Positions 28,818 through 39,465 of a DNA stretch of 64,000 nt are shown piece by piece. The DNA is taken from contig OZ220691.1 of assembly GCA_965116475.1 (NCBI GenBank), forward strand, positions 2,496,001 through 2,560,000, written 5' to 3'. Made by a program: the position numbers and the translations under genes. The notes beneath the pieces were generated by a model. That model made no database searches. It was not told the DNA's origin and saw nothing but the letters and a program-made list of their open reading frames with translations. Each line of letters starts with the position of its first letter. The first letter of the stretch is position 1. The stretch is from Gemmatimonadota bacterium. GTDB taxonomy: Bacteria; Gemmatimonadota; Gemmatimonadetes; Palauibacterales; Palauibacteraceae.

Positions 28818-30122
28818 ATGCTCCCAACCCGGATCATCGAGAAGAAGCGGGATGGCGGGCGGCTCTCGTCCGACGAACTCGCGGCCTTCCTGCGCGGGTA
28901 TCTCGAGGGACGCGTCGCCGAGTACCAGATGTCCGCCTTCCTCATGGCCGCGTTCATTCGCGGGCTGGATCCCGCCGAGCTCTCCGTGCTCCTGCGCGAG
29001 ATCATCGAGTCCGGGGCGCGCCTGCGGTTCGACGACGACGGTCCGCCGGCCGTCGACAAGCATTCGACCGGCGGCGTCGGCGACAAGGTCTCGCTGATCC
29101 TGGCGCCTCTCCTGGCCGAAGCAGGACTTCGCGTCCCCATGATGTCGGGCCGCGGTCTCGGACATACCGGGGGGACGCTGGACAAGCTCGAGGCGATCCC
29201 GGGCTTCGACGTGTCCGTGGATCTGGTCCGGTTCCGGGCCATTCTCGATGAGGTCGGGTGCGCGATGATCGGCCAGACGAAGGAGATCGCGCCGCTCGAC
29301 GGACGCCTCTACGCCCTGCGGGATGTGACGGGCACCGTCCCTTCCCCACCCCTGATCGCGGCCTCGATCGTTTCCAAGAAGGTGGCTGAAGGCATCGGGG
29401 CGCTCGTGCTCGACGTGAAGTGTGGACGCGGCGCCTTCATAACCGACCGCGAGCAGGCGCGAGATCTGGCGCGCACCATGGTCGACCTCGCCACCGCCGA
29501 GGGGGTGCGGACGAGCGCGCTCCTCACCGCAATGGACGCCCCTCTGGGCCGCACCGTCGGCAACGCGCTGGAAGTGCGCGAGGCGATGGAGGCCCTGAGA
29601 GGTGGAGGACCGGCGGATCTGCGCGCCGTCACCCTCGCGCTGGGCGCCGAGTTGTTGGTCTCCGTCGGTCGCGCGCCCGACGTGGACGAGGCTGGGTCGG
29701 AACTCGGCCCGATCCTCGACAGCGGTGCGGCGCTTGCGCGTTTCGCGCGGCTCATCGAAGTCCAGGGAGGGGATCCGGGGGTGGTCGACGACCCCGGGCG
29801 CCTCCCCTCCGCCCCGGTCCGCGAACCCTTCCGATCCCCCGGCTCCGGTTGGCTCGACGTCCATGCCCGCAGGGTGGGCGTCGCCTCGGTGGAACTCGGG
29901 GCCGGCCGCCGGCGCGTCGAGGACGCGGTCGATCCGCGGGTGGGGTTCGAGTTTCACCGCAACGCGGGCGACCGGGTCTCCGAAGGCGAACCTCTCCTCA
30001 CCGTCCACGCGGCGGACGCGGCCGGCGCGGCGACGGCCACCCACCGTCTCGCGGGCGCGATTCGGCTCACTCCGGAGCCCCCCGCGGCGCAACCGCTGAT
30101 CCTGGAGCGGATCGTCAGCTAG
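28818..30122 (+). CDS. pdp: Pyrimidine-nucleoside/thymidine phosphorylase
   Basis: IEKKRDG, DKHSTGGVGDK, SGRGLGHTGGTLDKLEAIPG, YALRDVT and SKK. Confidence 0.95.
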   Translation: MLPTRIIEKKRDGGRLSSDELAAFLRGYLEGRVAEYQMSAFLMAAFIRGLDPAELSVLLREIIESGARLRFDDDGPPAVDKHSTGGVGDKVSLILAPLLAEAGLRVPMMSGRGLGHTGGTLDKLEAIPGFDVSVDLVRFRAILDEVGCAMIGQTKEIAPLDGRLYALRDVTGTVPSPPLIAASIVSKKVAEGIGALVLDVKCGRGAFITDREQARDLARTMVDLATAEGVRTSALLTAMDAPLGRTVGNALEVREAMEALRGGGPADLRAVTLALGAELLVSVGRAPDVDEAGSELGPILDSGAALARFARLIEVQGGDPGVVDDPGRLPSAPVREPFRSPGSGWLDVHARRVGVASVELGAGRRRVEDAVDPRVGFEFHRNAGDRVSEGEPLLTVHAADAAGAATATHRLAGAIRLTPEPPAAQPLILERIVS

Positions 30123-30138
30123 GGGCCTTCCATGTCTG

Positions 30139-32307
30139 CTAGTGTGGCGAGGAGTGCCGCCGGACGGGGGCCTGCGCGCTCCACGGGCCGTGCGCGTCGC
30201 ACATCTCGGTCGGTTCCGTCCCTTCGAGGTAGATCTCGACGTAGCGGACATCGAGCGGACACCAGCGCGTGGACAGCAATCCCGTGGTCTCGCTAACGGT
30301 CCGCTCGATGAGGCCGGGCGGCCGCTCCCACGCGGCCGGGTGTTCGTGCGTCTCGTAGTAATGCGCCAGCACCGCCGCTCCGACCGGCGCCGCCGTGCCC
30401 CCGCCCGTGGCGCCCGTATAGATGCGGCGGGGCCGGTCGTGCCCGATCCACGTCGTCGTCACGAGATCCGGCGTGAATCCGACGAACCAGGTGTTGGTCG
30501 CGTCGTTCGTCGTTCCCGTCTTGCCCGCCACCGGAACGGAGAAGGGAATCGCATAGCGGGACCTCACCGCCAGCGTCCCCGTCCCCTGGTCCACCGCGTC
30601 CCGCAGCATGGACTGGGCGACCCAGGCGATGTCCCGCTCCAGCACCCGCTCACGCTGAACCCGGCTCTCCCAGAGCACGCGGCCGTCCTTGCTCTCCACG
30701 CGAAGGATCGACCGGGGCGAGACCCGCACGCCGAGGTTGGCGAACGTGCTGTAGGCGGCGGCAATCTCGATCGGACGGACATCCATCGAGCCGATCGCGG
30801 CCGACGGCACGCGCGGGACGCTCGAGGCGATCCCCATGCGTTCGGCCATCTGCGCGAACGATTCCTCGCCGACGCGCTGCCCCAGCTTGACGGCCACGAT
30901 GTTGATGGACCGGGCCAGCGCGCGCCGCAGCGTCATCGGGCCCTTGAAGTCGTTGTCGAAATTGCGCGGCGCGTAGGGATCGCCGCCGACGTTCTCGAGG
31001 TAGTACGGCTGGTCGTAGATGATCTCGGATGCGGGGATCCCGGCCGCGATCGCCGTCGCGTAGACGAACGGCTTGAACACGGATCCGGGTTGCCGGATGG
31101 CCTGGGTCGCGCGGTTGAACTCGGAGTCGCCGAAATCGCGCCCACCCACCATCGCCCGCACGTCGCCGGTCGCCGCGTCCAGCGCGACGAACATCCCCTG
31201 CAGATAGGGCATCTCGGCGCCTCCGCGGCTCACCTGATACAAGCTGTCCGGCGGCCACGCCCGCACTTCCTCGAAGGTGACGCCGGAATAGGCCGGGTGC
31301 CGGTCCACCCACTCCAACTGGGCGAGCAGCGCGGAATCCGCGACCGCCTGGAGGTCCGGGTCGAGCGTCGTGTAGACGCGGAACCCCTTCTCGTAGATGT
31401 CGGTGCCGTATCGGTCGTACAGCCGCTGCCGCACCCATTCCACGAAGTACGGCGCGTCCTGCTCGATGCGGGCTCCCCTCGCAAGCTCCAGCGGGTACGC
31501 CTTCGCCGCCTCGGCGTCCTCGGTGCTCACGAGTCCCTGGGCGGCCATCAGTTGAAGGACGAGATTGCGCCGTCCGATCGCCCGCTCCGGGCGGCGGATC
31601 GGATTGTACCCCGCCGGATTCCGCGGGATCGCCGCGAGGAGCGCCGCCTCCGGCAGATTGAGTTGCGCGGCGGTCTTCCCGAAGTACCGCTCCGCCGCGG
31701 CCTGGACTCCGAACACCCCGTCAAAGTTGATCTGGTTGAGGTAGGCCTCGAGGATCTCCCACTTGCTGTACGCGCGCTCCAGGTCGATCGCGACCCGCAT
31801 CTCGCGCAGCTTCCTGCGCACGCTGATGTCGCGCCGGTTCACGGAACTCTCGAACATGTTGCCCGCGAGCTGCTGCGTGATCGAACTGCCGCCCGCGGCC
31901 CCGTACCCTCTCAGCAGGAAATCGAAGAAGGCGCGCGTCGTCCGCAGCAGATCCACCCCGGCGTGTCCCCAGAAGCGCTTGTCCTCGACCGCGATGAAGG
32001 CGTTGTACACGTGACGCGGGAGCCCCTCCATCCGGATCGGCGTCCTCCGCTCGATGGCGAGTTCCGCGAGAAGGGATCCGTCCGCCGCGAAGAGTTTCGT
32101 CGCTTCCTTGGGTTCGAAGGCGTAGATCTGGGCGATGGAGGGACACGCGTCGCACAGGTGGGTCCACCCGCGCCACGCCACGCCTCCCCCCAGTCCACCG
32201 CAGATCAGAACGGCAAGCACCAGGGCCCGCCGCACGTTTCTCCGCTTCCCGGCCGTCCCCCTCCTGGCGCCACGCGACCGGCGCGCGGTTCGTCGTCGAC
32301 GGATCAT
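30139..32307 (-). CDS. Class A penicillin-binding protein (PBP1A family); alternative start 32361
   Basis: Basic N-terminus plus TM; transglycosylase EDKRF and GSSITQQL; transpeptidase SVFK, SIN and KTG. Confidence 0.95.
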   Translation of the reverse strand: MIRRRRTARRSRGARRGTAGKRRNVRRALVLAVLICGGLGGGVAWRGWTHLCDACPSIAQIYAFEPKEATKLFAADGSLLAELAIERRTPIRMEGLPRHVYNAFIAVEDKRFWGHAGVDLLRTTRAFFDFLLRGYGAAGGSSITQQLAGNMFESSVNRRDISVRRKLREMRVAIDLERAYSKWEILEAYLNQINFDGVFGVQAAAERYFGKTAAQLNLPEAALLAAIPRNPAGYNPIRRPERAIGRRNLVLQLMAAQGLVSTEDAEAAKAYPLELARGARIEQDAPYFVEWVRQRLYDRYGTDIYEKGFRVYTTLDPDLQAVADSALLAQLEWVDRHPAYSGVTFEEVRAWPPDSLYQVSRGGAEMPYLQGMFVALDAATGDVRAMVGGRDFGDSEFNRATQAIRQPGSVFKPFVYATAIAAGIPASEIIYDQPYYLENVGGDPYAPRNFDNDFKGPMTLRRALARSINIVAVKLGQRVGEESFAQMAERMGIASSVPRVPSAAIGSMDVRPIEIAAAYSTFANLGVRVSPRSILRVESKDGRVLWESRVQRERVLERDIAWVAQSMLRDAVDQGTGTLAVRSRYAIPFSVPVAGKTGTTNDATNTWFVGFTPDLVTTTWIGHDRPRRIYTGATGGGTAAPVGAAVLAHYYETHEHPAAWERPPGLIERTVSETTGLLSTRWCPLDVRYVEIYLEGTEPTEMCDAHGPWSAQAPVRRHSSPH

Positions 32308-32464
32308 CCCCGTTCCCCCCCTGCGATCTCCCGGCCGTTCACTCGTTCCTCCGGACCTCACCCCTCGCGTCGGACCGCCGACGGCCCGATTCTGTCGTCA
32401 CGCCGCCCCCGCCGGGGAGCGACCCGCGGCGGGGCGATACGGAATATACCAACACCAGGCGCAG

Positions 32465-33676
32465 ATGTTTCTTCCCGTAGACGAACAGATCCGCCGGATC
32501 CGGGAGGGGGCGGAGTCCATCGTCCCCGAAGACGAACTCGCGGTCAAGCTCGAGCGTTCGGCACGAGAGGACCGGCCCCTCCTTATTAAACAGGGGTTCG
32601 ACCCGACCCGGCCCGACCTCCACATCGGTCACGGCGTGTCGATCCACAAGCTGCGCACCTTCCAGGAACTCGGCCACCGCGTCGTCTTCGTGATGGGCGA
32701 CTTCACGGCCCGCGTGGGAGACCCGAGCGGAAGGGACGAGACGCGGCCGATGCTGTCCGAGGAGGAGATCGAATCGCACCTCGCGACCTACGAAGACCAG
32801 GTCTTCCGCATCCTCGATCCGGAGACGACCGAGATCCGGAGGAACAGCGAATGGCTCGCCGGCCTCGCGCTGGCGGACGTCCTGCGGCTGACGTCGCAGT
32901 ACACGGTCGCCCGCATGCTCGAGCGCGACGATTTCGCCGCGCGCCACCGGGAGGGGCGTCCCATCAGCCTCGTCGAATTCCTCTATCCGATGATGCAGGC
33001 GTACGATTCCGTCGCGTTGCGGGCCGACGTGGAACTCGGGGGTACCGATCAGCTGTTCAACCTGCTGCTCGGGAGAACGCTCCAGGAGCGGGCGGGCCAG
33101 GAGCCGCAGGTGTGCCTCGTCATGCCGCTTCTGCGCGGGACCGATGGGCATCGGAAGATGTCCAAGAGCTACGGCAACTACGTCGGCGTCGCGATGGAGG
33201 CGGGAGAGACGTTCGGGCGGGTGATGTCGATCCCGGACACGTTGCTCGACGAGTGGCTCGTGCTCGTCTCGAGCGCCTCCGGAGAGGAACTCGACACCCG
33301 TCGCGCCCAGGCGGGGGCCGACCCCCTCGCGGCCAAGCGGTGGCTCGCCGCCGACCTCGTGGCCCGCTACCACGGCGCGGCGGCCGCCGGCGAGGCGCGG
33401 GAAGCGTTCGACCGCCTGCATCGGCGCCGGGAAGTACCGGAGGACGTCCCTGCCGTCTCGCTCTCCCTCGGAGGGCAGGAGACGCTCTGGATCGCGCACA
33501 TCCTCCGGGATTCGGGACTCGCGGCTTCCTCCTCGGAGGCGGGTCGACTCATCCGCCAGGGGGCCGTGCGAGTGGATGGGAGCGTGATCCGCGAACGCGA
33601 CCTCCGTCTGGGAGAAGGCGAGTATCTCGTGCAGCGCGGCAAACGAACGTTCGCGCGGATCTCTCTCCGTTCCTGA
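32465..33676 (+). CDS. tyrS: Tyrosine--tRNA ligase
   Basis: GFDPTRPDLHIGH, YPMMQAYD, GGTDQ, KMSKS and a C-terminal S4 domain. Confidence 0.97.
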   Translation: MFLPVDEQIRRIREGAESIVPEDELAVKLERSAREDRPLLIKQGFDPTRPDLHIGHGVSIHKLRTFQELGHRVVFVMGDFTARVGDPSGRDETRPMLSEEEIESHLATYEDQVFRILDPETTEIRRNSEWLAGLALADVLRLTSQYTVARMLERDDFAARHREGRPISLVEFLYPMMQAYDSVALRADVELGGTDQLFNLLLGRTLQERAGQEPQVCLVMPLLRGTDGHRKMSKSYGNYVGVAMEAGETFGRVMSIPDTLLDEWLVLVSSASGEELDTRRAQAGADPLAAKRWLAADLVARYHGAAAAGEAREAFDRLHRRREVPEDVPAVSLSLGGQETLWIAHILRDSGLAASSSEAGRLIRQGAVRVDGSVIRERDLRLGEGEYLVQRGKRTFARISLRS

Positions 33677-33980
33677 AGTCCCCGCAAGGGTCTTGCACGG
33701 GCCGAAATCGGCGCTCATGTTGCCCGGTCCCCTTCGTGGGGAAGTTGCGCGTGTGCGCCGAAGGGCCGCACGCCACATGCGGGAATCGTCCGAGCTTCGG
33801 AGCCTGTCCGGCGCGTCGCAAAACGGTTCCGTCAATCGTTGTAAAGGAGTAGTGGTACGACACGACGTGTTTTTTTCGGTGGTCTCGATGCGGTGAACTG
33901 ACCCGGCCGCGTCGGGCGAGGGCTCGGCCCTCGAACAGATTCGGGTCGTAGAGGATCCCACTGCCACAGGAGGGCGATCC

Positions 33981-36900
33981 ATGTTGTTTCACTTGTCAGG
34001 GCGGCGGAGTCGCGCGAGCGCGCTGACCGCTGCAGCAGTGAGCGCCTGGCTCTTTATCGGCGCGGCCCCGCTGCTCGCTCAGGGAGCGGTGTCGGGGACG
34101 GTGACCGATGCGGAGTCGCTGGCCCCGGTGGCCGGCGCGCAGGTGTTTGTTGCGGGAACGGTGATCGGTACGCTGTCGGGCCCGGAGGGCACGTACCGGT
34201 TGGAAGGGGTGCCGGCGGGCGAACAGACCGTGACGGTCCGCCTGATCGGCTACCACGAGCTGTCGCAGACCGTGACGGTAACGTCCGGTCAGGTGGCGAC
34301 GTCGGATTTCTCCGTGGAGCAGACGGCCCTTCGCCTCCAGGACATCGTCGTGACGGGGGTGGTGGGCGAGACGCCGCAGGTGAAGCTCCCGTTCACGGTG
34401 GAGCGGCTGTCGGCGCAGGACCTGCCGGTTCCGTCGGCGGACGCCTCCTCGCTGCTGGCGGGTAAGGCGGCCGGCGTATCGGTCATATCCAACTCCGGCC
34501 AGCCCGGCCAGGAGTCATCGATTACGCTGCGCGGTCCGACCTCGATCAACGCGTCCGGCCGGAGCCAGTCGCCGCTGATCGTGATCGATGGCGTGATCCA
34601 GGCCGATGGCGCATCGCTTTCGGACGTGGGCGCGCTGGACATCGACCACGTGGAGATCGTGAAGGGTGCGGCGGCGGCGTCGCTGTACGGTTCGCGGGCG
34701 CAGAACGGCGTGATCGAGATCACGACGAAGCGCGGCACGGGCCTGCAGACGAACTCGCTGACGATCACCGGCCGCGGCGAATACGGCTTCGGCCAGCTGG
34801 TCGGCGATGTCGGTCTCGTGCGTTCGCATCCCTACGAGATGAACGCATCGGGAACGAAGTTCATCGACAGCGAAGGCAACGAAGTCGATTTCGGCGACCT
34901 CAACCGCCCCGGCTTCGGTTCCGCGCGGCTGTACAACCAGATCGCCCCGGGCGAGGCGGCGACGCCGCAGACGGCGTTCGCGAACCAGGCGTTCCCGACT
35001 GAACTGTTCGATCACATGGACACGTTCTTCGATCCCGGCGAGACCGTCGACGTCTACGGTGCGGTCACGGGCCGATTCGGCGAGTCGAGCTTCCGGGTGA
35101 GCGTCAACCAGTTCCGCGAGGCCGGCGTCGTGAGTTGTTCCGCCTGCGTCGACAACCTCGCCACGCTCAACGCGGACCGCGTTGCGCAGGGCCTCACGGC
35201 TTTCGACGTGGGGATTCCGAACGACGAGGGCTACGAGCGGCAGAACGTGCGCCTGAACGTGGACACGCGCTTCGGCGACCTGGACATCGCGGCGAGCGGC
35301 TTCTACTCGCGCTCCGACCAGGACGACAAGGCCGTGTCGACCGGCGCCTTCTCCCGGTTGACCTTCATGTCGCCTGCGCTCGATATCTCGCAGGTCGATC
35401 CGATGGACGGGTATCCGGACCTCAATGCGGATCCGCAGTCGATCGAGCCCAACCCGCTCTACCTGCTGGCCGTCAATGACAGCCGCGACGAGCGGACGCG
35501 GACGATGGGGTCCGTCGACCTCAACTTCTCGCCCGCGGCCATCGACTGGCTGACGCTCGAGGCGAACGCCTCGTTCGACCGGACCGACTTCAGCGATTAC
35601 ACGATCCGGCCCAAGAACGAGCGTACCGCGGGCGGCGGCGGCACCGGCGACTTCACGGGCGGCAGCCTCCGCGAGTTCAACTCGACCAACGAGGCGGTCA
35701 ACGCGTCGGTGACGCTCGGCGCGAGCCAGACGTTCATGGACGGCGACCTCACGGTGCGCGGTAAGGCCCGCTACCTGATCGAGGACCAGAGCTACCAGTC
35801 GAACGGTGTGTTCGGGAGCCGCTTCTCGGTGCAGGACGTGCCGAACTTCGGCGCCATCATCGGCGAGACCTCGGGGAACAACTTCACGAGCGCGGTCAAG
35901 GCGGAAGGGCTGTTCGGCATCGCGAGCGCCGACTACCGCGGCCGCTACATCATCGACGGCCTCGTTCGTCGCGACGGCTCCTCGCTGTTCGGGCCCGATG
36001 AGCGGTGGCAGACCTACTACCGCGGCTCGGTCGCCTGGCGCGTGGCGCAGGAAGATTTCTGGAACATCGACGCGATCGACGAACTGAAGCTGCGCTTCTC
36101 GCTGGGGACGGCGGGCGGGCGGCCGAACTTCGCCGCCCAGTACGAGACGTTCGGCGTCTCCGCGGGCGCGATCTTCCCGATCAACCTCGGAAACCGCGCG
36201 CTGAAGCCGGAGTTCACGTCCGAGAAGGAAGCGGGACTGAACTTCGTGTTCTTCGAGAACCTGGGTCTCGACCTCACCTACGCCTGGAACACGACGGATG
36301 ACCAGCTTCTGCAGGTTCCGCAGCCGGCGTTCGTCGGCTTCTCGAGCCAGTGGCAGAACGCGGGCGAGATCGCGGCGCAGACGTACGAGGTCTCGCTGCG
36401 CTACGCGGCGATCGACACGCAGGACATGGGCCTGCAGTTCCGGTTGAACTGGGACAAGACCCGGCAGGAGATCACGCGTCTGGACGTTCCGGACTACTCG
36501 TTCGGCAACTTCTACGTCTCCGAAGGTCGTCCGCTGGGCGAGCTGTGGGGCGAGCGGTGGGCCAGGAGCTGCGCGGACCTGGCGCCCATCGGCGTGTCGG
36601 CTTCCGACTGCAACGCCAACTTCCAGGTGAACGATGACGGTCTGCTCGTCCCGACGGGCGGCGCCGCCTTCACGGAAGGGTTCAGCAAGACGCTCTGGGG
36701 AACCCAGGTCGAGGTCGCCACGGACGACGGCAGCAACTCGTACCACTGGGGCCTGCCGGTGAAGGTTCAGGATTATTCGCCGGCCTGTGTCGCGAAGAAT
36801 CCTGGCGACTACACCGAGAAGTGCGTGCTCACCGAGTTCCTGCCGTTCGGAAACACGACGCCGGACTTCAACGCCTCGTTGGCGACGAACTTCCGGTATC

Positions 36901-37361
36901 ACGGTCTGAGTGTGAACGCGCTGGTGGAGACCTCCCAGGGCCAGTCGATCTACAACGGCACGGCGCAGTGGTCGCTTCGCGAACTGCGCGGCGAGGACAC
37001 GGACCAGACGGGCAAGCCGCTCGAGCACAACAAGCCCGTCGGCTACGCGTCCGCGGTCTACTCGGTCAACGCCGACAACGACTGGTTCCGCGAGGACGGC
37101 AGCTGGATCAAGCTGCGCGAGCTTTCGTTCGGCTATACGCTGCCCGAAGGCATGGTCGAAAGTCTGTTCAGCGGCGTCTTCGACAGGGTGACGCTGAACG
37201 TGATCGGCCGGAATCTGATCACGATCACGGATTACCGCGGTTACGACCCCGAGGTCGGCTACACCGGCGGACAGTTCGGGAGCGCGGCGCTTAACCGGAT
37301 CGACAGCTTCGGTTATCCGAACTTCCGGACGTTCACCTTCGCAGCCGAGTTGGTATTCTGA
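33981..37361 (+). CDS. SusC/RagA-family TonB-dependent transporter, copy 1
   Basis: Signal peptide, carboxypeptidase-regulatory-like N-terminal extension, plug IEIVKGAAAASLYGSRAQNGVIEITTKRG-type motif, RRDGSSLFG, GYDPE and C-terminal Phe. Confidence 0.95.
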   Translation: MLFHLSGRRSRASALTAAAVSAWLFIGAAPLLAQGAVSGTVTDAESLAPVAGAQVFVAGTVIGTLSGPEGTYRLEGVPAGEQTVTVRLIGYHELSQTVTVTSGQVATSDFSVEQTALRLQDIVVTGVVGETPQVKLPFTVERLSAQDLPVPSADASSLLAGKAAGVSVISNSGQPGQESSITLRGPTSINASGRSQSPLIVIDGVIQADGASLSDVGALDIDHVEIVKGAAAASLYGSRAQNGVIEITTKRGTGLQTNSLTITGRGEYGFGQLVGDVGLVRSHPYEMNASGTKFIDSEGNEVDFGDLNRPGFGSARLYNQIAPGEAATPQTAFANQAFPTELFDHMDTFFDPGETVDVYGAVTGRFGESSFRVSVNQFREAGVVSCSACVDNLATLNADRVAQGLTAFDVGIPNDEGYERQNVRLNVDTRFGDLDIAASGFYSRSDQDDKAVSTGAFSRLTFMSPALDISQVDPMDGYPDLNADPQSIEPNPLYLLAVNDSRDERTRTMGSVDLNFSPAAIDWLTLEANASFDRTDFSDYTIRPKNERTAGGGGTGDFTGGSLREFNSTNEAVNASVTLGASQTFMDGDLTVRGKARYLIEDQSYQSNGVFGSRFSVQDVPNFGAIIGETSGNNFTSAVKAEGLFGIASADYRGRYIIDGLVRRDGSSLFGPDERWQTYYRGSVAWRVAQEDFWNIDAIDELKLRFSLGTAGGRPNFAAQYETFGVSAGAIFPINLGNRALKPEFTSEKEAGLNFVFFENLGLDLTYAWNTTDDQLLQVPQPAFVGFSSQWQNAGEIAAQTYEVSLRYAAIDTQDMGLQFRLNWDKTRQEITRLDVPDYSFGNFYVSEGRPLGELWGERWARSCADLAPIGVSASDCNANFQVNDDGLLVPTGGAAFTEGFSKTLWGTQVEVATDDGSNSYHWGLPVKVQDYSPACVAKNPGDYTEKCVLTEFLPFGNTTPDFNASLATNFRYHGLSVNALVETSQGQSIYNGTAQWSLRELRGEDTDQTGKPLEHNKPVGYASAVYSVNADNDWFREDGSWIKLRELSFGYTLPEGMVESLFSGVFDRVTLNVIGRNLITITDYRGYDPEVGYTGGQFGSAALNRIDSFGYPNFRTFTFAAELVF

Positions 37362-37461
37362 TTCTCTGCCCGTGGCAGTGGCGGGTCGCCCTCTCCGGAG
37401 GGCGGCCCCGCCTCGTTACGACAGGGGGATCGGGAGATACCGCTTGAACAACGGAGAGATC

Positions 37462-39186
37462 ATGAAAAGGAAGCTGACGCTACCGGCCTTTGCGCTGGCG
37501 TTGACGGTCGGCTTTTCGGGCTGTGACCTGCAGGTCGACAACCCGAACCAGCCGGACCGCGCCCGCGCGCTCGCCGGCCCGGACGATGTGGAGACGCTCA
37601 TCTCGAGCTCCTTCCTCAAGGTCTGGGAAATCGGACACTACTGGAACAACTCGAACTTTGCGTTCGGTCACATGGCCAGTCGCCACACGGCGACGTGGGG
37701 CAACATGGGGATGAACGACCTCGGTCGTGAGCCCCGCGAGTCCCTGCCGAACTCGCCCTCCTATCGCTGGGCCTACGTCTTCGAGGCCAACTGGGGTGAC
37801 GCCTACGGCGGCATCTCGGCGGCATCGGATGGGATCCGGGCCATCGAGGCGGGCCTCGAGATCGGTCCGGGCGGTGAGCGGAACGCTCGCGCCCTCGCCT
37901 TCGCGGCGGGCAACCAGGCGATCCTTTCCTGTCTGCTCGCGCTCTGGTACGACCAGGCCTTCATCGTCGACGAGACGACGGACCTGGGCGGCGAGCTCGA
38001 AACGGTCGACTACAACGCCATGTTCAGCTACGCGATGGGCAAGCTGGACGCGGCGGAGTCGCAGGCCCGAGGATCCTCGTTCACGCTCCAGGACACGTGG
38101 ATCAACGGGAACGCCTGGGACAACAACCAGTGGGCGGACTACCTCGTGGGCTGGAAGGCGCGCTGCGCGGCGAACATGCCGCGAACCGACGCCGAGGCCG
38201 CGGGCGCCAACTGGAGCGGAATCATCACCAACGCCCAGAACGGCATTGGTGACGTCGTCGTCGTGGGTGAGGACTCGTCGTCGGACAGCCCCTGGTTCGA
38301 TGGTCTCAAGACGCTCATGCAGGAAAACGAGACCTGGCACCGGATGCACATGGACTGGGTGGGCATGGCCGACCAGTCCGGGGAGTACCAGGACTGGCTG
38401 TCGATCCCGACGCAGCAGCGCACGGCGCGCAGGATGTCGTTTGGCGACGACATGCGCTTCCCGCCGAGCAACGAGAACGGCGTCACGTCGGAGGTCGTCA
38501 GCCCGTCGGTCGCATCCTTCGGCCCGCGGTCGCGCTACAACTCGACGATCATCTTTCGGCCGGAGCGTGGGACGTACCGGCAGTCGCACTACGGCGACAT
38601 GCGGTACGACGCCTACACGCTCAGCTGCAGCTTCTGCTTCTTCGGCGACATGGAGCACATGACGACGCAGGAGATGGAGGGCTACATCGCCGAGGCGCAC
38701 TACCGCATGGGCAACTTCGCGGGCGCCGCGGAGATCGTGAACAAGACGCGCATGGAAGCGGGCCTGCCGGCCGCGCCTGCCAACCCGACGGATGCGGTTC
38801 CGTCCAACGGTGCGGGCGAATGCACGCCCCGGAAGCGGTACGACACACAGGGACGCTGCGGCAACCTGCGCGACGCGATGTGGTTCGAGCACTTCGAGAA
38901 CGTGTTCAACGTCTTCGGTGGACTCGAGTTCTGGCACGGGCGTCGCAACGACATCCTGCCAGCGGGTACGGGGCTTCAGTTGCCGATCCCGGCTTCGGAC
39001 CTCGAGGTCCTGCAGCGCGACGTCTACACGTTCGGCGGTGGCGGTCCGAGTTCGGCGGGCGATCCGACCCCGTCGATCGTGCCCGGCAGCCTGGACGCGG
39101 CGCTGGAGCGGGCCGCCTATACGCTGGAGCGGTTCAGGGCCAGCCAGGCAGCCGACCGCAAGGCGCGGGATCTGGTTGTCAGGTAG
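37462..39186 (+). CDS. SusD/RagB-like outer-membrane lipoprotein, copy 1
   Basis: Lipobox VGFSGC followed by DLQVDNPN; directly after susC; AEAHYRMG...VNKTR TPR-like end. Confidence 0.85.
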   Translation: MKRKLTLPAFALALTVGFSGCDLQVDNPNQPDRARALAGPDDVETLISSSFLKVWEIGHYWNNSNFAFGHMASRHTATWGNMGMNDLGREPRESLPNSPSYRWAYVFEANWGDAYGGISAASDGIRAIEAGLEIGPGGERNARALAFAAGNQAILSCLLALWYDQAFIVDETTDLGGELETVDYNAMFSYAMGKLDAAESQARGSSFTLQDTWINGNAWDNNQWADYLVGWKARCAANMPRTDAEAAGANWSGIITNAQNGIGDVVVVGEDSSSDSPWFDGLKTLMQENETWHRMHMDWVGMADQSGEYQDWLSIPTQQRTARRMSFGDDMRFPPSNENGVTSEVVSPSVASFGPRSRYNSTIIFRPERGTYRQSHYGDMRYDAYTLSCSFCFFGDMEHMTTQEMEGYIAEAHYRMGNFAGAAEIVNKTRMEAGLPAAPANPTDAVPSNGAGECTPRKRYDTQGRCGNLRDAMWFEHFENVFNVFGGLEFWHGRRNDILPAGTGLQLPIPASDLEVLQRDVYTFGGGGPSSAGDPTPSIVPGSLDAALERAAYTLERFRASQAADRKARDLVVR

Positions 39187-39361
39187 GAGAAGCAGCAGCC
39201 CGGCGGGGACCGGGCGGGGGGGTGGTTCTCCCCCTGGATTTTGAACCAGGAAGGCGGTCCGTTGGATAGACAGCCCTTCCAGGGAGTGCAGACGCCTCCC
39301 GGCGCCGTCAGTGGCGGCTCCGGGAGGCGTGCGCTTAACAACGAGACGAGCGTCGGCAAAC

Positions 39362-39408
39362 AACGATCGGGGGCCCGCGATCCCGGGGCCGCCGATCGTT
39401 TCTGTTGT
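39362..39408 (+). terminator. Terminator-like hairpin between susD1 and susC2
   Basis: AACGATCGG...CCGATCGTT followed by TCTGTTGT; another stem ACGCCTCCCGG/CCGGGAGGCGT at about 39292-39330. Confidence 0.55.
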
Positions 39409-39465
39409 TGGGGCGGGGAGAGGGTTCGGGTCGCTTAGGGTCCCACGCTAGAGGAAGGGTGATCC

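Noticed and set aside
33844..33896. Possible leader peptide (AAGGAG then GTG...VRHDVFFSVVSMR)
   Set aside because: The SD-to-start spacing is only 2 nt, and there is no informative codon run.
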